A stretch of DNA of 64,000 nucleotides from Neocallimastix sp. 'constans' (lineage: Eukaryota): the NCBI GenBank assembly GCA_050613775.1, contig JBODTK010000147.1, forward strand, positions 1 to 64,000, given 5' to 3'. The notes below the pieces were generated by a model. That model worked only from the letters and a program-made list of their open reading frames with translations, did not search any database and had not been told where the DNA came from. A program made the position numbers and the translations under genes. Shown here in pieces: positions 38,538 to 51,345 of this stretch (within the stretch, counting starts at the first letter, position 1; each line of letters opens with the position of its first letter).

Positions 38538-39753
38538 TATACAATTAAAGAAATATTATTCTTTGAAAATTAAATTTGTAAATTTTGTCATTTGTACTCC
38601 TCCTGAGATATTTTTTGTTAATGGATCTATTAAATTTGAGTTATTTCTTTCATATTCCGTAATTTTCCTGCATGGTGTTTTTATTTGTTTTGTTTTCTTC
38701 ATAATATATTTTTCTATTATTTTATTAATACAATCGATCTGATTTTTTTTTATAACCATCACCTGTTTTATAAATATTTATTCCTATTATTTTAGTCGCT
38801 TTAGAATCTTTAAAAATTTTATATTGGTCTTTTTTAATTTGTTTACAATATAGTTTATTTCATTTTTAATTCCTGTTATTAAAATATCATCTACATATAA
38901 TGTTAGTAAACATGTCAATTTATTATTTTTATTATATTTCCCAAAGAGACATTTGTCAGTTTTGTATTTTCTAAAACCTATACTTACTAAAGTAATGTGA
39001 TATTTCATTATACCACATTCTTCCAGCCTGTTTTAAACTATAAAGAGCTTTTTTAAGTAGCCAGAATTTATTAGTATTAAAAATTTTTTTTCACCATAAG
39101 GAATCTTTGTATAAATTTTTTCTTCCAAATCAGCATTCAAATAAACAGCTTTTATATCCAATTGTTTCAAATCCCAGTTAAATTTTGATGCAATAGCGAC
39201 GGTTAGTCTTAGACTGTTTGGAGAATAAGTTTCTATAAAATCTTCACCAGCAACTTGTTGACAACTAAGAGCCGGTCTTGCCTTTTTCTTCTTATTATCC
39301 TTTTCGGCAAAGACCCATTTAGTACCGATTAAATTGGCATCAGTTGGTATATTTTCTACCACTTTCATTACTTTATTATCATACATATTTTTTTAATTCA
39401 TCATTTATTGCAATTTTTCATTCTTCATTTTCAAATGAATTAATTGCTTGTTGATAAGTCATTGGGATATTTGTTTTAATATTTAAAATTTTAAATCTTT
39501 TATTATTATTTGAATTTTATTCTTTTTTTTCTGGAAATTAAATTTTCTTCATTTGAATCATCTGGATTATTATTACGGTATCTTTTCTTGTTTAGATATT
39601 TATGTTTTCTTACATTTAAAAATTTACTGTCAGAGTCGTTAGAATATTCATTTTCTTCTTCTAAAGATTTATTTATAATTTTCTATTCATTATCAATATC
39701 ATTATTGATTTTATTATTATAATTATTATCATGATTAATAATATCATTATTGC

Positions 39754-39788
<35 letters not shown>

Positions 39789-42700
39789 GAAGGATTATTT
39801 AATTGGGAATGAATTGGTTATTACTAATATTTTCCCCCTCAATAAAAGAATCCTTGAAGTTAATAATTGAATCAATAAATTTAACGCAGAAAAGGGTAGT
39901 GTTAATAGTACCAGGCATATCCTCCATGAAATAAACATCTCTGGAGGTAACAACAGAATTGGTAGAAGTATCCAAAATTCTATAGGCAAGAAAGAGAATC
40001 AGAAGCATATCCTAAGAAAATGCCAGGTTTAATATTGTTATCAAATTTATTAGATTTGTAATGTGATTGTTATAGAAATAAGCTTTAACCATCCAAAAAA
40101 AACTTTAAGATGAGAAATATCAACCGCTTTATTAAAAAATAATTCATTTGGAAATTTCATTGTTAATACTTTGATGTGGATTTAAATTGTAAAGATAAGC
40201 AGCACAAAGAATAGCAGAATCCCAAAATTTATATGGTAGATTAGCGGAGTTGAGTGAAGTGGAAGCGCAACGATTAAGAGTTTGATTTAACCGCTCAGCA
40301 TGACCATTTTGCTTAGGATTACCAGGAACTGAATGAATAAAATTCAAGGTAATTAATTAAAGATTTAATTGAAATATTCCCTACCATGATCAAATTTAAA
40401 ATTAATAATATTATATGAAGTAGTATTAGAGATAAATTTATGAAATTTGATAAAAATATTGGGAACATTCTGATTTATGTTTGATAAGATAAACCCAAAT
40501 CTTTCTAGAAAAAAATCATCAAGAAAAGTAACATAATGATTGAAGTCATTATAGGATGTTTCCAGTTTACCAACTACATCAGAATGGATTAATTCCAAAG
40601 GTTTAGTGGCATTATTAGGAGAGATATAGAAAGGTTTTCTCTTTAATTTTCTTTTTTTTTTTTTTTTTTTTTTTTGTTATTTTGCATTGATGACAGTTCT
40701 TGTCATGATTTCTAGTATGCTCAGTAACAAAAATTCTTAATATTATTGTTAAAGTAATGAGCCTAAATTAGGATCAATATTGTTTACGTAATTTTTAGTG
40801 ATTATATTATTTGTAGGAACGGTATCAAACGTGAACAAGTTTTCTTCATTAGCAACGATATTTTGCAATGAGATTATTATTTATTATATATTTATAGACG
40901 ATCTTTATTATTTAAGCGTTTCATAATAATAGTACCTCCATTTACAAGAATGGAATGAGTAAAAATAAAATTGTTTTGAATGTTAGACGCGTAATAAATG
41001 TTTGATAACATGAAATTGTTGGTTTTAAATTTGCCTTTGTAAGTACCTACATTTTTTAACTTTATCTAAATCACCATTTGAATAAATAATATTTTTTAAT
41101 ATATTACTTTACTTAAATTATTTAAAATTGTGTTTTTATGATTAGTTACATTAATGCCGGGACCACTATCAGTAATCCAATGAGTAGAATTAGTGTTATT
41201 TTTTTATTTGTTGTTATTATTACAATTTTGAATGACTGAAATATTTCCTGTAAAATTGATATATACTTTATCTTCATCTTCATAATTATTTTCAGAAAAA
41301 TAATATTATTGTTGTTTTTATTATCTTCAATTTCATTATTATCAATAATATTACTGGAGTGAAGATAATCGTTTTTATGATATCTTTTAGAAGAATTTTT
41401 TATCCTTTTTTTTTTTTTTTTGCTGGAAAATTTATAATTTTTATTTATTATTAATATCAGATTTATTATTTTCTTTAAATTAAAAGATGATATTTACAGT
41501 GGTCAAGTAGAATGACCTTTAGTTCTACAAATATGACCATAATACTCGTTATGAAATTTCTTATTATAATTTATTATTATTATTATTATTGTTGTTGTTG
41601 TTTTCATTTCTATTTATATTATTGACATTTATGTTGTTCGTGGCAGTACCTCTTTTGATCTTAAAATTTCAGCTTTTTCAAAGAAATCATGCCTTTTATT
41701 TAATTTTTTTTCTTTTTTTATAAGTTCATCAAAAGTTTTGAATTGATAAATTGGTGGTGAGTTTATACCAATTTTATTCAATTCATTTTACAGCATATAA
41801 GAGCTTTGGTTCTTCATCTAAAGATACTCTTTTTTTTTAATTTGTTACATTCATTTTTTATGTTGCTCAAAGAGATCATTCAAATCATTAACATATTGAA
41901 TATAATCATTATTAATTAATTTAAGATTAATAATTTTATATTCAAGAATTTTTTTTTTTTAATAATGCTTGACCAGATTGATAGAAACGTTTTCTTTAAT
42001 CTATCAATCATGCTATAAGCAGTCTTTTTTTTTTACATCCTCTGAGATATTCTTTATTTGATTTTTCTTAACTGTTTATTATAATAGATTGAACAGCATT
42101 GTCTGATTTTATTTGACTTCTGTTCATCTTTGAAAAAAAAGAATTTCATTCTCAATGTAGGAATCTAAATCATTGGCCATTAGATGTCTTTTTAAAGGCT
42201 CATACCAATCTAAGAAATTTTCTTTATTTAATATGAAATCTTTTTTTTTTTTTAAAAAACGGATTTCATTATATTTCCATAATATTTATTGAAGATAATT
42301 CTTTTATCATTAGATTCCTCATCTTCATAAGAAGAGATCGATTCATTGTCCTTATTATCAGTTGGAATCGATGAAATCGAACTCTCTTCAATATGATTAT
42401 TATTGTTATTCTTTCTTTTTAGCCATTCTTTGAAACATTAATAAAAAAATAATAATAATAATTTATTATATTTTAAAATGATTAGAATCATTAAAACGTC
42501 TTAAAAAAAATTAAAATTAAAATTAATAATAGGTCTCTTGGTATTTGACACTCTTAAACTGTTAAGGAGTCAATATAAGATATGATGTGTACACTACAAA
42601 ATGTATTATTATTCCATTAAATTTTATTTAATATTTATTAATTTATATGATTTAAATAAAGTATTTAAAAAGACTCAAAATATTAATTTCATAAAAAAAA

Positions 42701-42812
42701 ATTTTTTTTTTCTTTTTATATTTTACATACAAATTATTACCTAATCAAATATTATAAATATTCATAATACTTTAATGTACAAAAGTTTAAATTATTATGT
42801 TGAACTTTAACA
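38214..42812 (-). mobile_element. Ty1/copia LTR retrotransposon, decayed but with both LTRs (38214-38456 and 42560-42812)
   Basis: Direct repeats of about 250 bp, TGTTAAGGA...AACA, with a perfect TTATT TSD (38209-38213 and 42813-42817) and PPT TTCCCCCT at about 38457. Minus-strand domain order: gag (zinc-knuckle remnant HICRTKGH, about 41510-41540), protease (HWITDSG, about 41160-41182), integrase (ELIHSDV, PGNPKQNGHAERLN, FWDSAI, SRDVYFME), RT (IGTKWVF, QLDIKAVYLNA, LYVDDILI) and an RNase H tail (DPLTK). Many frameshifts. Confidence 0.95.
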
Positions 42813-42984
42813 TTATTGAATTAATTTATAATATATAATTAAAATTATTTATAACTGATATAATATAAAATAAAAATGTTTGAATATATTATAAAAAAAA
42901 AAAAAAAATCAAGTTTTCAAAAATTAAAAAAAAAAAAAAGTGATAGATAGATATTTCATAAGTAATAATAATAACATTCCCCCC

Positions 42985-43028
<44 letters not shown>

Positions 43029-43657
43029 TAATTAAAGGCTCAAGATTTAATCACAATTGAAGCTGAAAAGAAAAAATGTCTAAACTGCTATAAGTTTGTA
43101 AAAATTTTTATTTTCAAAGTAAATCTATTATGAATAATAGAATCTTTTTTTTTTTTTTTTTTTTTTTGAGAAGTCTAGAAGACACTTTATCAGTTTTCTT
43201 TTTTTTCTTCTCTTTCTTTTATTGATTTATCAAGCCCTGAGAAAATAAAAAAAAAAGTATAAGTAAAAGAGGGACCTTTTTATTTTTATCTATTTTTTAA
43301 CTTACTTTAGTATCTTTTAGCTTTTGAACACTATTAAATGTAAAGAGTCATTGGATTCTTTGGAAGGGATCCTTCTAAAATTAGGAAACCTTCTGTATTT
43401 AAATTATAGTATTATATAGAAAAGTTAGATAAATATTTATTTATAGGATAATATTCATTGACTATGCTTAAATTATATGGTTTTTTTTTCCCTTTTTTTT
43501 TAAACTATTTATATATATATATATACTTATTTTTTAAAAACACAATTGTTTTGAAACATGAACCCAGAAGAGAATTTAATAAATAAATATAAAAGGCAAA
43601 AAAAAAAAAAAAAAAAAAATACTCATAAGATATAATGAAAGTGATTTTAATTATAAG

Positions 43658-43689
<32 letters not shown>

Positions 43690-44155
43690 GTAAATCGTCC
43701 TCTTAATCAGGGAAATATTTTTTGAAAAGATATGAATTTTTTTTTTTTTTTTTTTGCTGATCGTTCTATTCATTAAAATTATTTAGATTTATAATTTAAT
43801 TTAATTATAAAATTTTAAAATTAAAATTTAAATATTAATAAAATGACATAAGCAAAAGAAAAATTAACAAGAAATTTTTTTTATTTTTTTTATTTTTTTT
43901 TTTTTTTCGATATTAAAAGTACTATTGATTTTTTTTTTTTTTTTATTATTATCTATCTTTTTACTTTAGTCTTTGAAATAAAAGGAAATTTAAATATTTT
44001 AACTATCAAATTCAATATTAATTAACCTTTTTTTTTAATAAATTTGTCAATTCAATTAAAAAAATTAAAAAATATTAGAAAAAAAAAAATAAAATAATAA
44101 TAATAATATTAATAAAAAAGAATAATTAGTATTAATAAAAATTATAAATAATTTC

Positions 44156-44186
<31 letters not shown>

Positions 44187-44189
44187 TTT

Positions 44190-44302
44190 AAATTAAAATC
44201 TTTTATAATTATTTTAAAAGGTTATTATAATTGGGTAAATATATTAAAAGTAATTTATATTCAAATTTAAAAGAAAAATTTATATAATTTTTTTTAATAC
44301 TA

Positions 44303-44340
<38 letters not shown>

Positions 44341-44467
44341 ATTATTATTATTATAATTTTATTTTATTTTATTTTATTTTATTTTATTTTATTTTATTTT
44401 ATTTTATTTTATTTTATTTTATTTTATTTTGTTTTGTTTATATTTTTTTTTAATTGAATTGACGAAT

Positions 44468-44521
<54 letters not shown>

Positions 44522-44988
44522 AATAAATATTGAACTTAATAGTTAAAATATTTAAATTTCCCTTTTATTTCGAAAACTATTTATAATTTTATTTATTATA
44601 TTTTATTTTTTTTTATTAAAATCTTTTTATACTTATTTTAAAAGGTTATTATAATTGGGTAAATATATTAAAAGTAATTTATATTCAAATTTAAAAGAAA
44701 AATTTATATAATTTTTATTAATACTAATTTATTATTATTATTATTTTATAATTTTTTTTTAATTGAATTGACGAATATATATAAAAAAAAAAGGATAATA
44801 AATATTGAATTTAATAGTTAAAATATTTAAATTTCCCTTTTATTTCGAAAACTATTTATAATTTTATTTATTTTATTTTATTTTTTTTTAATTAAAATCT
44901 TTTTATACTTATTTTAAAAGGTTATTATAATTGGGTAAATATATTAAAAGTAATTTATATTCAAATTTAAAAGAAAAGTTTATATAAT
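44190..44988. repeat. Tandem triplication (two full copies, one partial) with variable internal microsatellites
   Basis: TTATTTTAAAAGGTTATTATAATTGGGTAAATATATTAAAAG occurs at about 44209, 44633 and 44909. Confidence 0.88.
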
Positions 44989-46497
44989 AAGAATCTATAT
45001 AATTATTTATATTATATTATATAAATAAAAATATAAATTAAAAAAGTCATACAAAAAAAAAAAAAAGGTTACTATAAATCAAATTAAATTGTTATTAAAT
45101 AATTAAAAGTATTTATATACTTATTATAGTTATAAATGATTCTAGTTTTTTTTTTTTAAAAATACATATATATAATATATAAAGTTCAAAAGTAAAAAAT
45201 AAAAACTATATTAAAAAAAAATTATTATAATTGTTATTAACAAAATCTTTTTGATAATTAAAAAAAAAAAAAATTCATTTATTAAGCTATAAGCTTTTTA
45301 TAATTCTTTATTATTATTATGATTAAATTTTATATCTAAATATATTAAGAAATGAAATAATTATTATTTTTAAAATTTTCAATTAATAAAATTATTTAAA
45401 TATGACTTATAAAAAAAAAAAAAAAAAAGTAAAAGAATGATGAAAAAAAAAAAAATATATTTTTTTTTCCACTTTAAAATAATTTAAAATAAACATTAAG
45501 TTATTTTAACTTTATGGATTTGATTATCTATTACAAATTTTTTAAAAAAAAAAAATAAAAAAATAAAGGATCTTTATACTTTTCCTTTTTTTTTTTGTTG
45601 TTGTTGCTATTATTGATTTTATTAACTTATAATTTTTAAACCTATGGTAAATAATAAAATTTTATTTTATTTTTTTTTTTTTCAAAAATTAAGAAAATTA
45701 AAATATGTTAAAAAAAATTATTTCTTTTAAAAGGAACCCAAAGTTAAAAATATAATAAATAGGAATAATAACTATTAAAACTATTATAATTTAATTTAAT
45801 TTAATTTATTAAAGGAAATTTTGGTAATCAATATTTGTATTTATTTATATTAAATATAATATGAAAAAAAAAAAAAAAAAATAAAAAAAAAATAAAAAAT
45901 AAAAATAAACAATAAAAATAAACAATAAAAATAATTACAAATCAAAAATCTTTAGTTCAAATGGATTCATTAAAATAAAAAAAAATAAATAAAAAATAAA
46001 AATAAAATAAAATATTATAATAAAATATTATAATAAAATTATATTGCATTTTCATTATAATAAATATATATATAAATCATTTATTATAGTTTTTATTTCA
46101 AAATTAAATAAAAAAAAATTTTTTTAAAAAAAAAAGTATTTAAAAAAATTTATATAATAATTTTTTTTTTAAAGAAATTTATAATTAAATATAATAAAAT
46201 AATAAAAATCATATTAAAAATAAAAAGTTGATTCCTATTTAATTATAATATTTATTAAACTTTTTTTAAGTTATTACCTAACTATTTAACTATTTATATA
46301 CCAAAAAAATTATAATATTTAATATTTATTAAACTTTTTTTAAGTTTATATCTTTTTTTTTTTTTTTTCCTTTTCATTAACAATTACCTAACTATTTATA
46401 TATCAAAAAAAAAAAAATTTTTATTAATTTTAATTTTTTTTTTTTTTATTATTATTATTTCTAAATTAAAGTACTTTATAAATTAATAATTTGAAAG

Positions 46498-46535
<38 letters not shown>

Positions 46536-47292
46536 TAATAAAAAATATTAAATAAAAACAAACTAAACAAACAAACAAACAAAATATATATATATATATA
46601 TAAATTTAATTTTTACTTTTTTCAAAAGATTTTATTTTAATTTATAGATTTTATAGAGGTTACTTAAATAATTTTGTATGTTTTTCTTTTTTTTTTAAAA
46701 AAATAATTATTATTTTAATATTAATAATTATTTATTATAAAAAATCGTTTTTTTTTTTTTTTTTATTAGCTATTATTATGAAAAAGTATAATTACAATGA
46801 TTAAATTTTAATATAATAAATAAAATAATTGATATTTAAAAAAAAAATGTATTTTTCGTATAATTTCAAATATTTAAATGTATTATTGTATTATTGTATT
46901 ATTATTATTGAAATATATATATATATTTATATATATTTATATATATTTTTAATAGAATATTATAAAATAAAAAAAATTATAAAATAAAATAATAAAACTT
47001 TAAATTAAATATAATAAATTAATTATGATATAAATTTAAAATTCTATGTTATAGATTATTATAAATATATATATTTATATATATATTTTTTTTTTCATTT
47101 CTATTGAAATTGGTTCCATATAAAATTGATAAGAAAAAAAAAAAAAACAAATATAAACAATTTTGAATTAGTTGATATTTGAATGGTATAATAATTGAAT
47201 ATGAAACGTTTTAATAGGAACGGACAGTAAAGTCAATTTTTTATTATTAATAATTATAATATTATTATTGTTAATACCTATATTTTCCTTTA

Positions 47293-48522
47293 TTATTTTT
47301 TATTTTTTGAGGAAACATTTTCATTAACGATTGTCGTAGGAAATTCATTAGGATTTTTATATCTTACATAGATAGCACCACTCTTTAAAGCCATAAAAAG
47401 CGTTTTTCTTTGATTTGTACCAAGCCATGATATATCTTCAAATGGAACGGGTTCATAGGGTTCTGGATCACTTTTAGTAGGATAACCTGGAGCTAAAGGT
47501 TTATCTGGAATAGTATTTGGCCAATTTACAAAGATGAAGGGACAACGACCAGTAGAAAGTTGTTTCCATGGAACAGAACTATAACCAGTAATGTTGGCAT
47601 CTTCCATTAATTTTCTACATATTCTAATAATTAATTGTTTTTGCTTATTTTGACGTAATTTCTTAAAATCTTGAATGGTATTAATATTTTTAAATTCATC
47701 CCATAACATATCGTTCTTAGAGACTGAACTTACATTAGAATGATTAGTAATATGTAAATTATTATGAGTACTTGATATACTATTATTATTATTATTTTGG
47801 TTTAGCGTTAAATTAAAATTGTTGTTTCCATTTTTATTTTGATAATTCATGGATGAATTCATTGAATTGTTTAAGGATTGGCTATTGGGTGAGTAAAGAT
47901 TAGTAGTGTTGTTATTATTAAAGTTATTAATACCAATATTATTATTATTTATGTTCATATTTGGGTTATAGTTCATATTCATATTGTTATTCATATTCAT
48001 ATTCATATTCATGGTATTGGTCATATTCATATTATTATTCATATTCATATTATTATTCATATTCATATTGTTATTCATATTCATATTATTATTTATATTC
48101 ATATTATTAATCATATTCATATTGTTATTCATATTCATATTGTTATTCATATTCATATTGTTATTCATATTCATGTTATTATTTATATTCATGTTATTTA
48201 TGTTGTTATTTATATTATGATTCATATTTATGTTATTTATGTTGTTATTTATATTATGATTCATATTCATATTATTATTTATAATCATATTATTATTATT
48301 ACTATTCATATTATTATTATTACTATTCATATATATAGTATTATTCATATCATTTTTCATATTATTATCATTATTTGAAGAATTTTCATCGAGAAGTTCA
48401 TCGATATCTAAAATATTTTTTGTTTTACCAGAAGTTTTATTTATATTATTATTGGTTTGTTGAGAAGAGCCATTGAATTCGTTATTATAGTAATTATTAT
48501 TATTATTATTATTATTAGTATT

Positions 48523-48558
<36 letters not shown>

Positions 48559-48773
48559 TTGAGATACGGATAAACTAAGGATGGATTCAGTAGAATAAGG
48601 TATTATGCCTGAAGTCTGATGATGAAGGTAATTTTTATTATCTGAATTAGAATTAGATTGATTAATGAATAAATTTTGATTTATATTACTATTGTTATGA
48701 AGTTCATTTATGGAAGAAGATTGACTGTTATAGGGAGAAGAATGAGAAGATATTGGAGTTATGATGGATTGAA

Positions 48774-48837
<64 letters not shown>

Positions 48838-49840
48838 TGTATTGGAATAGTAATTATTTTTACCGAAATAACTATTTGAGACATTTTCATTTTTTGGAGT
48901 GACAACTTCATTTGATTGATTATTTTGATTAGATTCAATATTATTACTACTATGATAATAGGAATCATATTCCATTGAGAGTTTTGAGTTAATACTATTC
49001 TTATTAAATTTTTTCATGGTATTTAAATAGACCTCAAAACTAACTAATGAATTTACTTGTTCATTTTGTTCTTTATTCATGGATGGGGTATATTCAAAAG
49101 TACCATCAATACCAAAATTATATAATAACATTATATTTTCCCATATACTTCTTAAGCAACTTAATATACAAATATCAATATGGTGACTATAATCTGAATT
49201 TTTATAAAGTGAAGGTGATGGTGGTAAATTAAGATTTTCTTCATTTTTTATTTGTGAGTTAGAAAAATATTGAAAAGGAAAAAATGGGGATTTTTGATCT
49301 TGATCATTATTATTATTATTCGTAGTATTATTATTTTCTTTTTTAATATTCGTTTCTTCTTTTTTTAAGAAAGGAAATTTATTAAGGTAACTAAAATTTT
49401 GTGAATGATAACTATTTTCATTTAAAGCGATATTATTGTAAAAATTGAAGGTATCTGTCCTTTCATTCTTTTCACCTTCCCATTTATAATATAATTTTTC
49501 GAATACATCAAAATTTATAATTTTTTTAAAATTCTTTTCTGTTATATGTATACATATATATATATTAATAATAATATTAATAAAAATAAATAAATAAATA
49601 AAAAATTGGGAATTAATATTGTTTATCTTTTTTTTTTTTTTTTTTTTTTTTTTTTATTATTTACTTATTTTTACTTTTTTTTTTTTCTATAAACAAAAAG
49701 CATAATTTTTAAAATATTCATTTTTTTAAAAAAAAAAAATATATATATATATATATATAATAATAATTACCATAATATTTTTTCTCTATTAATTTTTTAT
49801 GACAATAAACGTCAAAAGCCTTTATTTTCAAGGAATCCAT
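47293..49840 (-). CDS. Asn/Met-rich low-complexity protein with a globular C-terminal domain, 771 aa, function unknown. Exons 49840-49771 and 49538-47293
   Basis: The 612-aa ORF stays open 135 codons further upstream, to an ACAG acceptor at 49539-49542. The upstream exon MDSLKIKAFDVYCHKKLIEKKYYG|GTAATT splices in phase. The C-terminal ~130 aa are complex sequence (QLIIRICRKLM...VPWKQL...FVNWPNTIP...ISWLGTNQRKTLFMALKSG). Confidence 0.82.
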
Positions 49841-51312
49841 TTTTTTTTCTATAATAAATTAATATTATTAATAGAAATAAATAAATAAAATTTTAATTAT
49901 TTAATATTCTATTAATACTTTAATAATATTATTGTTGTTGTTATTTTACTTTTGTTATTCTATTTATTTCTTTTTTTATTATTATTATTATTATTATTAT
50001 AATTTCTATTTTTTAACGTTTTACTTTATTTTTTTATTTTTAAAGCAAACTTTTTCAATAAATTTTCTATCTTTTATATATATATATAAAAAAAGTGTAT
50101 TTTACCCTTATTTATAAAAATTTCTTTGATATATCAATATAATTTTTATTATTATTATTACTATTATTATTATTGATTATTAATTATTAAATACTTTAAT
50201 AGTTTATTTTTTTTTTTTTGTGTGTTGGTATTTTTATATTGATAATTTTTATAATATTTAATTCTATATTATATAATTTTTTTATATATATATATTATTA
50301 TTAGTATATATGTATATACTAAGTAAAATTGTTGATAAAAGATATTTCAATTATATCTTTATATATTTCTTCTATATCTTTTTTATCTTAATTTTATCTT
50401 TTACTAAAATATGCTTTTAACTTATTTTTTAAAAAAAAATTAAAACAAAAAAATTAAAAATTAGAGAAATTTTTGCTGTATTTATATAAAAAAAAAAAAT
50501 TTATAATTTTTTTTTTACTAAAAATATATTATTAATAAAAATAATGTATTAAATTAAATATTATTTTTTTTTTTTTTTATTAATAAAGTTAAATTATAAT
50601 AAATTTTTTATTTTTTATTTTTTTATTTTGTATTTTGTATTTTGTATTTTTTTAAATTTTTTAATTTTATATATATATTATATTTTTTTAAATATATTGA
50701 TATATTTATTTATATTATAGATAATATATATTGTTTTTTTTAATTTTTTTTTTCCTTTTTTCCTCTAATATTTAAACCAAATAAATTGATTAATATATTT
50801 GAACAATATATATTTATAATGCTTTAATTTTATTTTATAATAACTTTATTTAAAGATATATCTTTAAAGTTTTCTTTTAAATATTAAATATTAATTATTG
50901 TCCAGATATAATCACAAATGAATTTACAATATATATTATTATTATTTTTTTTAGAATAAAATACTCTATTGTTTATATAATTCTGTATATATTATGAATA
51001 TATAAATATTGTAAACCATTCAAAAAAAAAAAAAAAATTCAATATTGAATCATTTATTGTTATTCTATTATCTAATTATAAATATATTTATATAAATGGA
51101 ATTGACTGGTTAAACTTTAATAAATATAATTTTTTTAATATTTAATAATATAAAATCAAATTTTAAAGTGATTTAACTTTATATATTTTAAATAAAACAA
51201 AATAAAATATTATCTATTGAAATATTAAAACATAATAAAAAAAAGTTTATTTAATATATTTTAAATAAATATTCAACTATTTTTTTTTTTTAAATTTATT
51301 TATTAAAACTTT

Positions 51313-51345
<33 letters not shown>

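Noticed and set aside
47984..49232. Short ORFs overlapping the Asn-rich gene
   Set aside because: Antisense or alternative-frame readings of AAT-rich codons.
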